From Candidatus Omnitrophota bacterium (GTDB taxonomy: Bacteria; Omnitrophota; Gorgyraeia; Zapsychrales; Zapsychraceae), in assembly GCA_021108075.1 (NCBI GenBank), contig JAIORP010000197.1, positions 20,509 through 84,508 on the forward strand: a DNA stretch of 64,000 nucleotides, read 5' to 3'. The position numbers and the translations under genes were made by a program. Positions within the stretch are counted from its first letter, which is position 1, and each line of letters starts with the position of its first letter. Shown piece after piece: positions 1 to 10,378 of the stretch. Below the pieces are notes generated by a model, which saw only the letters and a program-made list of their open reading frames with translations, did no database searches and was not told the origin of the DNA.

Positions 1-1
1 T

Positions 2-1321
2 TTAAAGACTTTTGTCTTGGCCGTATGTTTTTGTATGCTATGTTCTTTCAGTCCAAAAAACGTATGTGCTGAAGTAACAAATGAGATGTTGCTTGAGAAA
101 ATTGAACAAATGGATTCCAGGATAAACGAGCTGGAAGGTCGATTGGCAGTTTATGAAAATAAAGAGAAAGGGAATCAAACAAAATTAAGCCGGGTTGAAA
201 AGAAGATTGACGGGCTTGATAGCAAAATTAAAGAAGAAAGATCATCCGGGATTGCTCCTTTAGTTAGAGGTGTTGAAATCGGAGCAAGCGCAACATATGT
301 TTATCAATTTACTGATAAAGCCAATGGAGATGATTTATCAGAAAACAGCGAAGATGTTGGTGATGCGAGTTATTCAGTCGACATATCATTAACAAAAGAA
401 TTTAAAAACGGAACGGCATTTATCGCAACAGAGGCAGGCGAAGGTGCTGGTGTTGATGATGAACTATCTATTTTCAGTACCATAAATGCTGACGCAACTG
501 GAGGGGATTCAAATATTGGTATTACAGAAGCATGGTATGAGCATCGGTTTGTACCTTTAACAGTTACAGTGGGAAAAGTTGCGGCTGATGTTTTTATGGA
601 TTCAAATGAATATGCCAATGATGAAACAACACAATTTTTAGGTTCGGAATTTAAACATTCTTCAACTATTGAATTCCCTGATAATTCTGTTGGGTTGATT
701 ATTGGCGTATCCCTTTCAGACACAGTTACAGCAGAAGCGATTCTGATAGATGGCAATGCTGACTGGGAAGATATGTTTGAAGATACATTTTATGGAGGAC
801 AATTTACAATTAGTCCTGAGATTGCAGGAAAAGCAGGCAACTATCGTGTGTTTGGATGGGGAAGTGGCCGGGATCATACGAAATGGAATGATTCAACCGC
901 CGTTCAGGAAAATTCTTATGGGTTTGGTTTGAGTGCTGATCAGGAGCTTACAGACATTATTGGTGTGTTTGCCCGGTATGCATGGCAAAATCCTGAAGTT
1001 TATTTAAACAGCGAAAGCTATTCATTAGAGCATTCCTACAGTTTTGGTATGCAAATAGTCGGTGAACCATGGGGAAGAGATGAAGATGTCGTTGGAATTG
1101 CTTTTGGACAAATTTTTCCTTCTGATGATTATAAAGCTGCGGGAAGCAATCTAAAAGCTGATTCCGAAGGGCATATTGAATTTTATTATAGCTACAAAGT
1201 TAATAACCATTTAACAATCAGTCCTGATGTACAAATTGTCATGAATCCGTATGGCAGTGATGCAACAAATGGTGATGACACAATTGTTATTGGCGGAATA
1301 AGAGGTCAAGTCGATTTTTAA
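2..1321 (+). CDS. OprB-family (carbohydrate-selective) outer-membrane porin with N-terminal coiled coil; 5'-partial
   Basis: Frame is open to the window edge (LKTFVLAVCF...). Signal-peptide-like start, coiled coil (EKIEQMDSRINELEGRL), beta-barrel motifs (EAWYEH, N.YANDETTQF, YYSYKVN..LTISPDVQ), C-terminal Phe (QVDF). Confidence 0.8.
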   Translation, partial: LKTFVLAVCFCMLCSFSPKNVCAEVTNEMLLEKIEQMDSRINELEGRLAVYENKEKGNQTKLSRVEKKIDGLDSKIKEERSSGIAPLVRGVEIGASATYVYQFTDKANGDDLSENSEDVGDASYSVDISLTKEFKNGTAFIATEAGEGAGVDDELSIFSTINADATGGDSNIGITEAWYEHRFVPLTVTVGKVAADVFMDSNEYANDETTQFLGSEFKHSSTIEFPDNSVGLIIGVSLSDTVTAEAILIDGNADWEDMFEDTFYGGQFTISPEIAGKAGNYRVFGWGSGRDHTKWNDSTAVQENSYGFGLSADQELTDIIGVFARYAWQNPEVYLNSESYSLEHSYSFGMQIVGEPWGRDEDVVGIAFGQIFPSDDYKAAGSNLKADSEGHIEFYYSYKVNNHLTISPDVQIVMNPYGSDATNGDDTIVIGGIRGQVDF

Positions 1322-1433
1322 TTAATATTTATAGCCCCTTGTTTAAAAGCCTACTCTGTTAAATAGGGGCGGGCCACCATATTTTTAAATAATAGGTGTT
1401 CAGAATGTAGGCAGAAAAAAGGTCAAGGAAACT

Positions 1434-1580
1434 GTGGGGAGAATTCTCGAAACGATTAAGAATAATCTCAAAGTCACCCGGAATGAATTAATAGATGTGA
1501 CGAATTTAACTCGCAGAAGTGTTGAATTGAATCTCAAGAAATTAAAAAATGCTGGACTGATTCGTATTATTAAGGAATAA
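1434..1580 (+). pseudogene. Isolated winged helix-turn-helix fragment
   Basis: Manual translation: (V)GRILETIKNNLKVTRNELIDVTNLTRRSVELNLKKLKNAGLIRIIKE*. Resembles C-terminal wHTH domains of larger proteins; ends immediately before a MITE. Confidence 0.5.
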
Positions 1581-1583
1581 TAA

Positions 1584-1685
1584 TACCAATTTCATTAAAT
1601 AATGACCAAAATCAATTCTGATGTTCTCGACGTTTTAGCGAGAACATCAGAATTGAAATAAAACAATTCATTAATGGATTTGGTA
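1584..1685 (+). mobile_element. MITE copy 1 (long 102-bp variant)
   Basis: Terminal inverted repeats TACCAATTTCATTAA / TTAATGGATTTGGTA; TAA on both sides (1581-1583, 1686-1688); internal perfect 17-bp stem CAATTCTGATGTTCTCG / CGAGAACATCAGAATTG. Confidence 0.85.
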
Positions 1686-1741
1686 TAAAAATAAAATAAA
1701 TTATACAATAAAAAAATAGCTATGGGTAAGGAAATTGTCAC

Positions 1742-2779
1742 ATGCTTTCACCAATGTTTTCAATACTATTGATTCCATTTCTTGCAGCAATGTTTTTAGC
1801 AATAAATATGGGCGGCAGTGGAACAGCTCCATCATTTTCTGCCGCTTATGGATCAAATATTATTAGAAAAGATCTCATCCCAGGTCTTTTTGGGTTGTTT
1901 GTCTTTTTTGGCGCAATATTAGCTGGTAAAAAAGTCGTTCTAACTGTTGGAAAAGGCATTCTTCCCGGAGAGATGATAGGCCTAACGCTCACAACAATAA
2001 TATTGTTATCCGTAGGGCTCTCGCTTTTGCTTGCAAATTTGTTAAAGATCCCTCAATCGACAAGTCAGGCAACAATTTCTGCGCTTATTGGTCCTGCTGT
2101 TTATTTTAATGTCCTAAAAACGCACAAACTGTTTTTTGAGATACTACCAACTTGGTTTATCTTACCAATAGTATCTTTTATCATCACTCTGTTTATTGGA
2201 AAATTTATTTACAATCCGATGAAACACAGAAAAATAATAAAATTCAAGGAAATTTCAACACATCCCATATTAAAAATAGCTGTCATATTAACATCGTGCT
2301 ATGTAGCTTTTGCAATTGGCTCTAATAATGTTGCTAATGCTGCTGGGCCTATTGCATCAATGATCTCAAATGAGCTAAACATTATTGTTCAGGGAGATAA
2401 ATTTGTACTTATAATGATTCTTTCCACACTAATTATTGCTCCGTGTTTTGCTATTGGTAGCTCACTTTTTGGCGGGAAATTAGTAGAAACAACGGGGAAG
2501 GAGATTATAAATATTGGACCTTTAGGCGCTTGTTTGATTGCAGGCGTCACGGCAACATTGCTTTTATTAGCATCAGTGACACGAGGAATCCCCACTTCAT
2601 TAGTTCAAATGAATACAATGGCAATAATCGGTCTGGGGATTTCTAAAGTAGGGTGGAAAGAAATGTTTACACATACAACAGTAAAAAAATTGCTGATTAT
2701 TTGGATCATAGCGCCAGTACTTGCTCTATTTTTATCATTCTCCTTAACAGTATTGGCAGATAAAGTAGGCTTATTATGA
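1742..2779 (+). CDS. PiT (PHO4)-family inorganic anion permease, CysP-like
   Basis: Hydrophobic, ~10 TM; two PiT repeats (AINMGGSGTAPSFSAAYGS...IPQSTSQ and AFAIGSNNVANAAG...GIPTSLVQ). Confidence 0.85.
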   Translation: MLSPMFSILLIPFLAAMFLAINMGGSGTAPSFSAAYGSNIIRKDLIPGLFGLFVFFGAILAGKKVVLTVGKGILPGEMIGLTLTTIILLSVGLSLLLANLLKIPQSTSQATISALIGPAVYFNVLKTHKLFFEILPTWFILPIVSFIITLFIGKFIYNPMKHRKIIKFKEISTHPILKIAVILTSCYVAFAIGSNNVANAAGPIASMISNELNIIVQGDKFVLIMILSTLIIAPCFAIGSSLFGGKLVETTGKEIINIGPLGACLIAGVTATLLLLASVTRGIPTSLVQMNTMAIIGLGISKVGWKEMFTHTTVKKLLIIWIIAPVLALFLSFSLTVLADKVGLL

Positions 2780-3066
2780 AAAATATTTTCTAAAGCGGAG
2801 CTTTTCAGCGAACAACGACTTCCTCCTCGTTACGATTCCAATTGCATTTTCCGGGTTAAGATCTTCTCAATTTTACATCCCGGCATATGAATATAACTGC
2901 TGATACCATTACTTTGCGTCGGTTACCTCCGGGCTGTTTAGTTTGCAACCAAACGTTATCAATTCTCGTTGGTAACTGATGCTTTTTTATTTCTTCTTTG
3001 ATCTCAACGACTTACAACTTTTCTTTCAACCTAAACATGAAAAAAGCATATTTTTCTTGTATCAAT

Positions 3067-3095
3067 TTGACAAGGGGAATTTCATATGCTATTTT
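3067..3095 (+). promoter_or_regulatory. Sigma70-type promoter of the response-regulator/kinase operon
   Basis: TTGACA, 17-bp spacer, TATTTT with extended -10 TG; about 65 bp upstream of ATG 3161, which has an AAGGAG RBS. Confidence 0.6.
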
Positions 3096-3160
3096 TGAAA
3101 TAGAATAAATGTAATATTTGCAAATAATATCGCAAATAGAATATAATTAAGGAGTACGGA

Positions 3161-3541
3161 ATGAGAAAAATTCTAATAATTGATGATGATCAAAATTTAA
3201 CAAAACTTATTCAGGCTCATCTAAATAAGTTAGGATATACGGTCTTACTTGCCCATACTTCAGAAGACGGCATAAAATTGGCCAAAAAGAATAAACCGGA
3301 CTTGATTTTAATGGATGTCATGATGCCGGGAACCGATGGCGCCGAATCTGTAAAACTCTTAAAAGCAGATCCGATTGTAAGTGATATTCCCGTTATTTTT
3401 CTGACAGCTCTAATTTCCACAGATGGAGAGAATGAGCAACAAGAGAAGGTATTAGTAGATGATATATATTACGAAACAATAGGAAAACCTTTTGAGTTGA
3501 ACGATTTAATAGAAAGAATCAATAATAAATTACCTGGATGA
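3161..3541 (+). CDS. Single-domain response regulator (receiver)
   Basis: ILIIDDD, PDLILMDVMMP, VIFLT, KPF motifs. Confidence 0.9.
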   Translation: MRKILIIDDDQNLTKLIQAHLNKLGYTVLLAHTSEDGIKLAKKNKPDLILMDVMMPGTDGAESVKLLKADPIVSDIPVIFLTALISTDGENEQQEKVLVDDIYYETIGKPFELNDLIERINNKLPG

Positions 3542-3556
3542 ATCAGGAGAACATCA

Positions 3557-3934
3557 ATGAATGACCCGGCGAAAAAAATATTGATCATAGATGATGATCA
3601 CGCTATGAGTACGTCAATAAAAAATTTCTTAATGATTTATGGAAAATATATGATTCAAAATTTTCAGTCAGTACTTGGGCTGAAGATGTTATTAAAATTC
3701 ACACCTGATCTTATTATTCTTGACGTGAAAATGCCGGATAAAGGTGGTTATGAGATCGGCATGAATATCAAAAACAACGCCGGGTTAAAACATATTAAAA
3801 TCATTGAAGTCTCCAGAGTATCAGGAGGAATAGAAGCTGCTTGTATGGAGACGTTTGGAGCGGATTATTATTTCGAAAAACCTCTTGATACACATAGATT
3901 TAATAAATTTGTCAACAAATTAATAGGTCATTAG
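3557..3934 (+). CDS. Single-domain response regulator (receiver), possibly slightly degenerate
   Basis: ILIIDDD, PDLIILDVKMP, GADYYFEKP; the beta2-alpha2 segment looks shortened. Confidence 0.8.
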   Translation: MNDPAKKILIIDDDHAMSTSIKNFLMIYGKYMIQNFQSVLGLKMLLKFTPDLIILDVKMPDKGGYEIGMNIKNNAGLKHIKIIEVSRVSGGIEAACMETFGADYYFEKPLDTHRFNKFVNKLIGH

Positions 3935-3936
3935 AT

Positions 3937-4518
3937 ATGAAAAAAGAATTTTTAACAACCGGGCAAGTAGCAAAATATTGCGAGGTGAATTATCGCACGG
4001 TTTGTAAATGGATTAACACAGGAAAAATTGAAGCGTTCGGAACCCCCGGTGGTCATAACAGGGTGAAAAAAAAAGTTTTTTTAAATTTTTGCAAAAAATA
4101 CAACATACCTATTCCCAGAGAGTTATCAACATCTAGCACAAACAAAATCAAGAAAAAAATACTTATTGTTGATGATGATAAGCAGATGGTTAAATCGATG
4201 AAAGGCATGCTTCTATTAGAAAATAGATATGACGTTGAAGTTGCCTTTGATGGATTCAGCGCAGGCAAAAAATTCTCAGAATTTAAGCCCGATCTCGTTA
4301 CGCTAGATATTAAAATGCCTAAAATGGATGGCTTTGAAGTATGCGAACAAATACGCAAAGATCCTAATAATGATGAAGTAAAAATTATGATTATATCGGG
4401 ATATTTAAAAAAAGAAGACATAAAAAAAGCCCATTCTTTAGGAGCAGATGGGTGTATTTCAAAACTTATTAATATGAATAAATTAATAAAAACTATTCAT
4501 GAACAAATAAATAATTAA
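3937..4518 (+). CDS. Excisionase/MerR-like HTH + receiver domain response regulator
   Basis: N-terminal LTTGQVAKYCEV...TVCKWINTGKI.AF.TPGGHNR; C-terminal receiver (ILIVDDD, PDLVTLDIKMP). Confidence 0.9.
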   Translation: MKKEFLTTGQVAKYCEVNYRTVCKWINTGKIEAFGTPGGHNRVKKKVFLNFCKKYNIPIPRELSTSSTNKIKKKILIVDDDKQMVKSMKGMLLLENRYDVEVAFDGFSAGKKFSEFKPDLVTLDIKMPKMDGFEVCEQIRKDPNNDEVKIMIISGYLKKEDIKKAHSLGADGCISKLINMNKLIKTIHEQINN

Positions 4519-4534
4519 ACAAGAAGGAATTATT

Positions 4535-5443
4535 ATGAAAACCCGACAAATTATTTCCAAAAAATCTATTTACTTGTATTTATTGTTTTTGATGTTGCCG
4601 ACAATGTTCGTAGGAAATGTTTCCGCCCAAAATCTTGATGAAATAAAAGGGAAGGGTGTTCTTAGACATTTAGGAGTTAAGTATGCGAATTTTGTTACTG
4701 GAAGCGGTGATGGCTTAGACGTCGAGCTTATGCAGTTATTTGCTGAATATTTAGGAGTAGAATATGTATATGTTCAGACTTCATGGTCAGATGTGATCGG
4801 TGATTTAACAGGAAAAAGAGTTAAGGCAAAAGGAGATGATATTGAAATTATTGAAGATGTTCCTATCAAGGGCGATATCATCGCTAATGGATTAACAAAA
4901 TTGAATTGGAGAGAGAAAGTAATTGATTATTCAGATCCGACTTTTCCTTCACAGGTATGGCTTATTGCAAAAGCAAATTCTTCTCTCAAACCGATAACTC
5001 CCACTGGAAATATTGATGAGGATATAAAAATGACAAAAGAGCAGCTTAAGGATCAATCTGTTCTTGCGGTAAGTAATACTTGCCTTGATCCGAAGTTATA
5101 TCAATTAAGCAAAACAGGTGCTGATATTAGGCTTTTTACAGGAAATTTAAATCAAATAGCTCCTGCTGTTATCAAAGGGGACGCAAGTTCATCAATTCTG
5201 GATGTTCCAGATGCTTTAGTTGCTTTAGAAAAATGGGCTGGTGAAATAAAGGTAATAGGTCCGGTTTCTCATCAGCAGGTGATGGGTACTGCTTTTAGAA
5301 AAGACTCTCCAGAATTAAAAACAGAATTTAAAAAATTTTTTACTCAATGCAAAGATGATGGTACTTATTTAAGATTAATAAATAAATACTATCCAGCAGT
5401 CTTTGATTATTTTAGTGAATTTTTTAGTGATATTGTTAAGTAA
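4535..5443 (+). CDS. Periplasmic substrate-binding protein, family 3 (amino-acid type)
   Basis: Signal peptide; LDEIKGKGVLR, GLDVEL...FA..LGV, IDYSDP, AFRKDSPEL. Confidence 0.85.
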   Translation: MKTRQIISKKSIYLYLLFLMLPTMFVGNVSAQNLDEIKGKGVLRHLGVKYANFVTGSGDGLDVELMQLFAEYLGVEYVYVQTSWSDVIGDLTGKRVKAKGDDIEIIEDVPIKGDIIANGLTKLNWREKVIDYSDPTFPSQVWLIAKANSSLKPITPTGNIDEDIKMTKEQLKDQSVLAVSNTCLDPKLYQLSKTGADIRLFTGNLNQIAPAVIKGDASSSILDVPDALVALEKWAGEIKVIGPVSHQQVMGTAFRKDSPELKTEFKKFFTQCKDDGTYLRLINKYYPAVFDYFSEFFSDIVK

Positions 5444-5546
5444 GCATAAAAAATGATACGTAGTTGATTTTTATGTGGTATTAAATCATTTTGTTGGTTA
5501 TTGCAAGTGTAGGTGGAAGTGAGAAAAAATATCTTAAAAAACATGT

Positions 5547-7511
5547 ATGGAAGAAGTGCAAATGAGAAACAAAATAGTTCAAAATCATATTGAGGGAATA
5601 GTGTCAGTTGTCGTGTTGCTGATTGTCACCTGTTTTATTCTTTATTTAATTTGGGGCAATTACCTATCACAAAAGGATTTAAGTGAAAGTATTAAAAAAT
5701 CATTTATCAATAGTGTCGAGGAGCAGGTTTTAAAAATCAGTCAGTGTTTTAGGCAAATGCAGGAGGGAGTGGAGCAATTATCGAAAAGCAGAGAATTGGA
5801 AATATATTACGAAAATAAAGCTTTGGGAATGTCTTTAGAATACGGGTTAAAAGCAAGTATTTTAAATATTAAATCAAGATTTAATGCTGTAATGGAAAAT
5901 CAAATTATTGGAACGAAGCATGTTTTTGAGAAACTGGCTTATGTTGAAAGAGAAGGCAATGTCTTGATTGATCCAGGAAAGATTGATAAAGAACTCGATT
6001 TATTTCAAATTGCGAGCAAGTCTTCTCAGGCAGGTGATTTCCTTGTTCTGAAAAATCAAAATAACTTTATTTATATAGTAACACCTTTTTATTTTAAAAA
6101 TGAACATCGAGGACAGATTGTTGCGAAAATATCCACTGATGTTATTAAGCAAAATATTGATTCTAATGCGAATAAAGAAAATATACTCAAAAAACAATTA
6201 TTTCTCGTTTATGAAGATAACATTTTAGATGCTGTCCTTGATTTGTCTGATGCACAAAAAAATCAAATTAATCACTTTTTAAGTAAAACAATGAATATCT
6301 CTACGAAGCATTTGATCGAAATAAAAACAAAAAACAAAAAATATAAGGACGTAACTGACGATGGAATGTTAGCATACAAAACTGCGATTGAGGACACCCC
6401 TTTTGAATTATTGGCTATAATATCTAAACATACGCTTTTGGGTAAGCATAATCCAGGCAACCTATTGTTTGTTCTTGGAACGATTACTTTCTTTCTTATT
6501 TTAATTGTTCTTTTTTCATTCAAAATGAGCCTGAAGAATGTTGCGTTGGCAATAAAAATAAAAGAAGAAAAAGAAAGAGTGAATTTGATAGAGCAAAAAG
6601 TTGGTGAACGCACCAAGGAACTAATAGGCTTAAATAATATGTTATTAGAAGAAATTGAAGATCGAAAGAAGGCAGAAAACAAATTGAAGCAAGCGCAGGC
6701 TCAACTAGTTCAATCTGAAAAACTCGCATCAATTGGTCAATTGGCAGCCGGAATTGCCCATGAGATTAACAATCCTATGGGATTTATCGGAAGCAATATT
6801 GAAATATTCAGACAATTTTTATCAAATAACAAAAAATTATTAGACCAGATGCAAAAGATCAAAAAAGCCATCAACGTGAAAGATATCGAGAAATCCCATA
6901 GACTCGTTAGTGAAATGAATGAGATTGAAAATCAAATAAATATAGATTATTTTAAGGAAGAGCTTCCGGAATTAATTAAAGATGTGCAAAAGGGTGTTGA
7001 TAGGGTAAACAAAATAGTTTTAGATATGAAAATATTTTCCAGGGAAGACACGGGAGAGATTGATATCTTAAATGTTAATAATGTTTTAGATGATATAATC
7101 AGGATTACGTGGAATAAAATTAAATACAATTGCGTACTAAAAAAACATTACGGAGATATTCCTTGTATTAATGGAAATCAACAGAAACTGGGGCAGGTTT
7201 TCATGAATTTGATCATAAACGCTTCACAGGCTATCGAGAATAAGGGGCGGATTAACATAAAAACATACGCGCAAGATAACAATATCTGTATTGAAATAAG
7301 TGACAATGGAAAAGGCATTGAAGAAGGAAACCTTAAAAAAATTTTTGATGCCTTTTATACCACAAAACCTGTCGGCGAAGGAACAGGGTTAGGGTTAAGT
7401 ATAAGTTATGAAATAATCAAAAAACACGGTGGGGATATAATTGTTGAATCCCAAGTCGATAAGGGGACAACATTTATTATTTCTTTGCCAAAAGAATACG
7501 GGATAAAATAA
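5547..7511 (+). CDS. Membrane sensor histidine kinase (NtrB-like core, extracytoplasmic sensor)
   Basis: Two TM segments; H-box [20 protein letters not shown]; N box QVFMNLIINA; G boxes [21 protein letters not shown]. Confidence 0.9.
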   Translation: MEEVQMRNKIVQNHIEGIVSVVVLLIVTCFILYLIWGNYLSQKDLSESIKKSFINSVEEQVLKISQCFRQMQEGVEQLSKSRELEIYYENKALGMSLEYGLKASILNIKSRFNAVMENQIIGTKHVFEKLAYVEREGNVLIDPGKIDKELDLFQIASKSSQAGDFLVLKNQNNFIYIVTPFYFKNEHRGQIVAKISTDVIKQNIDSNANKENILKKQLFLVYEDNILDAVLDLSDAQKNQINHFLSKTMNISTKHLIEIKTKNKKYKDVTDDGMLAYKTAIEDTPFELLAIISKHTLLGKHNPGNLLFVLGTITFFLILIVLFSFKMSLKNVALAIKIKEEKERVNLIEQKVGERTKELIGLNNMLLEEIEDRKKAENKLKQAQAQLVQSEKLASIGQLAAGIAHEINNPMGFIGSNIEIFRQFLSNNKKLLDQMQKIKKAINVKDIEKSHRLVSEMNEIENQINIDYFKEELPELIKDVQKGVDRVNKIVLDMKIFSREDTGEIDILNVNNVLDDIIRITWNKIKYNCVLKKHYGDIPCINGNQQKLGQVFMNLIINASQAIENKGRINIKTYAQDNNICIEISDNGKGIEEGNLKKIFDAFYTTKPVGEGTGLGLSISYEIIKKHGGDIIVESQVDKGTTFIISLPKEYGIK

Positions 7512-7513
7512 AA

Positions 7514-8326
7514 ATGAAAAAATCAAGTAAGAAAAAGCAATTGAAAAATGCCCTGGTACTTATATTTGTTTCTTTAATTATAGGAGCGACTATTGGATGC
7601 CAGTCTAATTTAAAGGAAGATAAAGAAGAAAAAAAAGAACTCTTGATTTACTGCGGGATAACTATGATCCGCCCCATGAGTGCGATCGCAAAGATTATAG
7701 AGGAACAGGAAAACGTAAGAATCCATATAACCAAGGGGGGCTCAGGTAATTTGCTTAAATCAATAATAATTAATAAGGTGGGTGATCTTTATCTGCCCGG
7801 TTCTGATTCATACATTAAGACTTGCTTGAAGGAAGGTACTGTTCTAGATACTGTCCATGTAGGATATAATAAAGCAACGATTTTAGTCCAAAAAGGAAAT
7901 CCAAAAGGAATAACATCTGATCTGGCAAATTTGACCAAAAAAGAATACTATGTTGTTATCGGAAATCCTGACAGCGGAAGTATAGGCAAACAAACAAAAA
8001 AGGTTCTTGAGGCACGCGGTATTTTTGATGAAGTCATTACAAATGCAAGGGAATTAACCACGGATTCTAAAAAGCTTGTGCAAGTATTAATAAATAAGGA
8101 AGCTGATATTGTGATCAATTGGTTTGCCACATCGACATGGGAAGAGAATGAGCCTTATGTGACAGCGATCCCTATTGATGGACAATATGCGACAAAGAAG
8201 AAATTGGTTATGGGCTTGCTTAAAACATCAAAGTATCCTGACATTGCAAGAAAATTCATGAAATATGCCGCATCTGAAAAAGGGCGAGAGCTGTTTAACA
8301 AATATGGTTTATTCGATATAAACTAA
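7514..8326 (+). CDS. ModA-like (molybdate/oxyanion-type) substrate-binding lipoprotein
   Basis: Lipobox-like TIGC; LLIYCG..M, GGSGNL, DLYLPGS, VQKGNPKGI, GNPDSGSIG. Confidence 0.8.
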   Translation: MKKSSKKKQLKNALVLIFVSLIIGATIGCQSNLKEDKEEKKELLIYCGITMIRPMSAIAKIIEEQENVRIHITKGGSGNLLKSIIINKVGDLYLPGSDSYIKTCLKEGTVLDTVHVGYNKATILVQKGNPKGITSDLANLTKKEYYVVIGNPDSGSIGKQTKKVLEARGIFDEVITNARELTTDSKKLVQVLINKEADIVINWFATSTWEENEPYVTAIPIDGQYATKKKLVMGLLKTSKYPDIARKFMKYAASEKGRELFNKYGLFDIN

Positions 8327-8338
8327 AATGGAAAAATT

Positions 8339-10378
8339 ATGCATATTAAATTAATGTTAAAAGAGCCCATACAAAGAAAATTAATAATTTTGGCTATTTT
8401 GTTTGTCATTTTAGTTGTCATATTAACGGTCATACAGATATATTCTAATCATCTTAAAGTGAACTGGTCTCGGATTATTAAAAATGAAGAATCACATTTA
8501 AAATTAAGTAACATTTTGTATGACTATTTTCTTGACGCAGAAATGGAGTTTATAAGGTTAGATTCTGATAATGATATAAGAGATGTGGTTTCCTCACAGA
8601 ATAAACTGAGTCATATTTCAAGTGAAATACAAAAAATTTTGACTGTTCTACAGAATGGAGGGCAATACAATCACACTATAGCTGTGAATTTTTATAATAT
8701 AAATGAAATAAAGGAAAAAGTGTATTTTTCTCTTGATAAACAGGAGAGGTATAATATTGAAAAAATTGAATTAACTCCAAAATTAATGGGACTTATAGAA
8801 TTGACAAAAGAAATGATTCAGGTAAAAAACAATACTTTGGATAAATTTAGCCCTGAGCATGAAATGCTCGTAGCAGAAAAAGATATATTGCTGAAAAAGA
8901 TTTTAACATTATTGACCAGGTCTAAAGAAAATGCGAATAAAATAAAATATGATGTCGGAGAAAAATTTAATAGCTTGTCCGATAAAAAAGAAAGGCTTGA
9001 AAGGAGTCTTGGGGTCTTAAGGTATGTTTTTACAGGCATCTCATTTCTTATCTTTTTAATGGTTTTAACAAAAACGATTTTTTCAATACAAAATATTCTT
9101 AAAGACAGAGAAAAAGTTAACACAAAACTAAAAAAATCTTTTGAAACAACAAACTTAATTCTTGAAAAAATGCCTATAGGTTTGATTGTCGTCGGCAAGG
9201 ACAAAAAAATACGAAAAATAAATGCGGGCGCAAAGGATTTAATCGGAGTGGCGTCCGATGAGGATATAAAAGGTAAACTATGCCACAATTTTATCTGCAC
9301 GTCTGGGATAGGTGAATGTCCCATCCTGGATCTTGACCAAAAAATTAACACTGAAGAAAAAGAATTACTTACTGTTAAAGGTGAAAAAATTCCTGTTATC
9401 AAGAGCGTCATTCCTGTGGTGCTTGACGATGAAGATGTTTTGCTGGAAACTTTTATAGATATCAGAGAAAAGAAAAAGTCTGAAGAGATTGTTGCGAAAT
9501 ACCAGGAGCATCTGGAAGAAGAGATTGAGACGCGTACCGCTGATTTAAAAGCAACTCAGGCTCAATTGATACAGGCTGAAAAACTCGCCTCAATAGGCCA
9601 ATTGGCAGCCGGCATTGCCCATGAGATCAATAATCCCATGGGATTTATCGGAAACAATATTGAAATATTCAAACAATTTTTATCGAACAACAAAAAATTA
9701 TTGGACCAGATGCGAAAGATCAAAAAATCTATCAACGCGAAAGATATCGTGAAATCCAACAGGCTCGTCAGTGAAATGAATGAGATTGAGGACCAAATAA
9801 ATCTAGGTTACTTTGAAGATGAACTTCCCAGTTTAATAACAGACGCCCAAAAAGGGGTTGAGAGGGTAAAAAAAATAGTTTTAGATATGCGGACATTTGC
9901 CAGAGAAGATAAGGGACAGATTGAGGATGTCGATATTAACAAGGTTTTAGACGATATCATCAGGATTGTTTGGACTGAGATCAAATACAATTGCGATCTC
10001 AAGAAAGATTATGGAGACATCCCGTTTATTAAAGGTAGCCCTCAAAAACTGGGACAAGTTTTTATCAATTTCTTTTTAAACGCTTCTCAAGCTATTGATA
10101 AAAAAGGGCAGATTAACATAAAAACATACGCGCAAGATAGCAATGTTTATATTGAAATATGCGATACCGGAAAAGGCATTGAAGAAAAAAATTTTCAGAA
10201 GATCTTCGATGCCTTTTATACTTCAAAACCTATCGGGGAAGGAACGGGCCTGGGATTAAGTATTAGCTCTGAAATTATCAAGAAACACGGTGGAAATATA
10301 AAAGTTGAATCTCAAGTCGGCAAGGGGACGACTTTTATTGTTTCTTTGCCAGTCAACACTGTCAAGGAGGATATATAG
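8339..10378 (+). CDS. Membrane sensor histidine kinase with Cys-rich PAS domain
   Basis: Two TM; PAS ([13 protein letters not shown]...INAGA...[17 protein letters not shown]); H-box AHEINNP; HATPase motifs. Confidence 0.9.
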   Translation: MHIKLMLKEPIQRKLIILAILFVILVVILTVIQIYSNHLKVNWSRIIKNEESHLKLSNILYDYFLDAEMEFIRLDSDNDIRDVVSSQNKLSHISSEIQKILTVLQNGGQYNHTIAVNFYNINEIKEKVYFSLDKQERYNIEKIELTPKLMGLIELTKEMIQVKNNTLDKFSPEHEMLVAEKDILLKKILTLLTRSKENANKIKYDVGEKFNSLSDKKERLERSLGVLRYVFTGISFLIFLMVLTKTIFSIQNILKDREKVNTKLKKSFETTNLILEKMPIGLIVVGKDKKIRKINAGAKDLIGVASDEDIKGKLCHNFICTSGIGECPILDLDQKINTEEKELLTVKGEKIPVIKSVIPVVLDDEDVLLETFIDIREKKKSEEIVAKYQEHLEEEIETRTADLKATQAQLIQAEKLASIGQLAAGIAHEINNPMGFIGNNIEIFKQFLSNNKKLLDQMRKIKKSINAKDIVKSNRLVSEMNEIEDQINLGYFEDELPSLITDAQKGVERVKKIVLDMRTFAREDKGQIEDVDINKVLDDIIRIVWTEIKYNCDLKKDYGDIPFIKGSPQKLGQVFINFFLNASQAIDKKGQINIKTYAQDSNVYIEICDTGKGIEEKNFQKIFDAFYTSKPIGEGTGLGLSISSEIIKKHGGNIKVESQVGKGTTFIVSLPVNTVKEDI

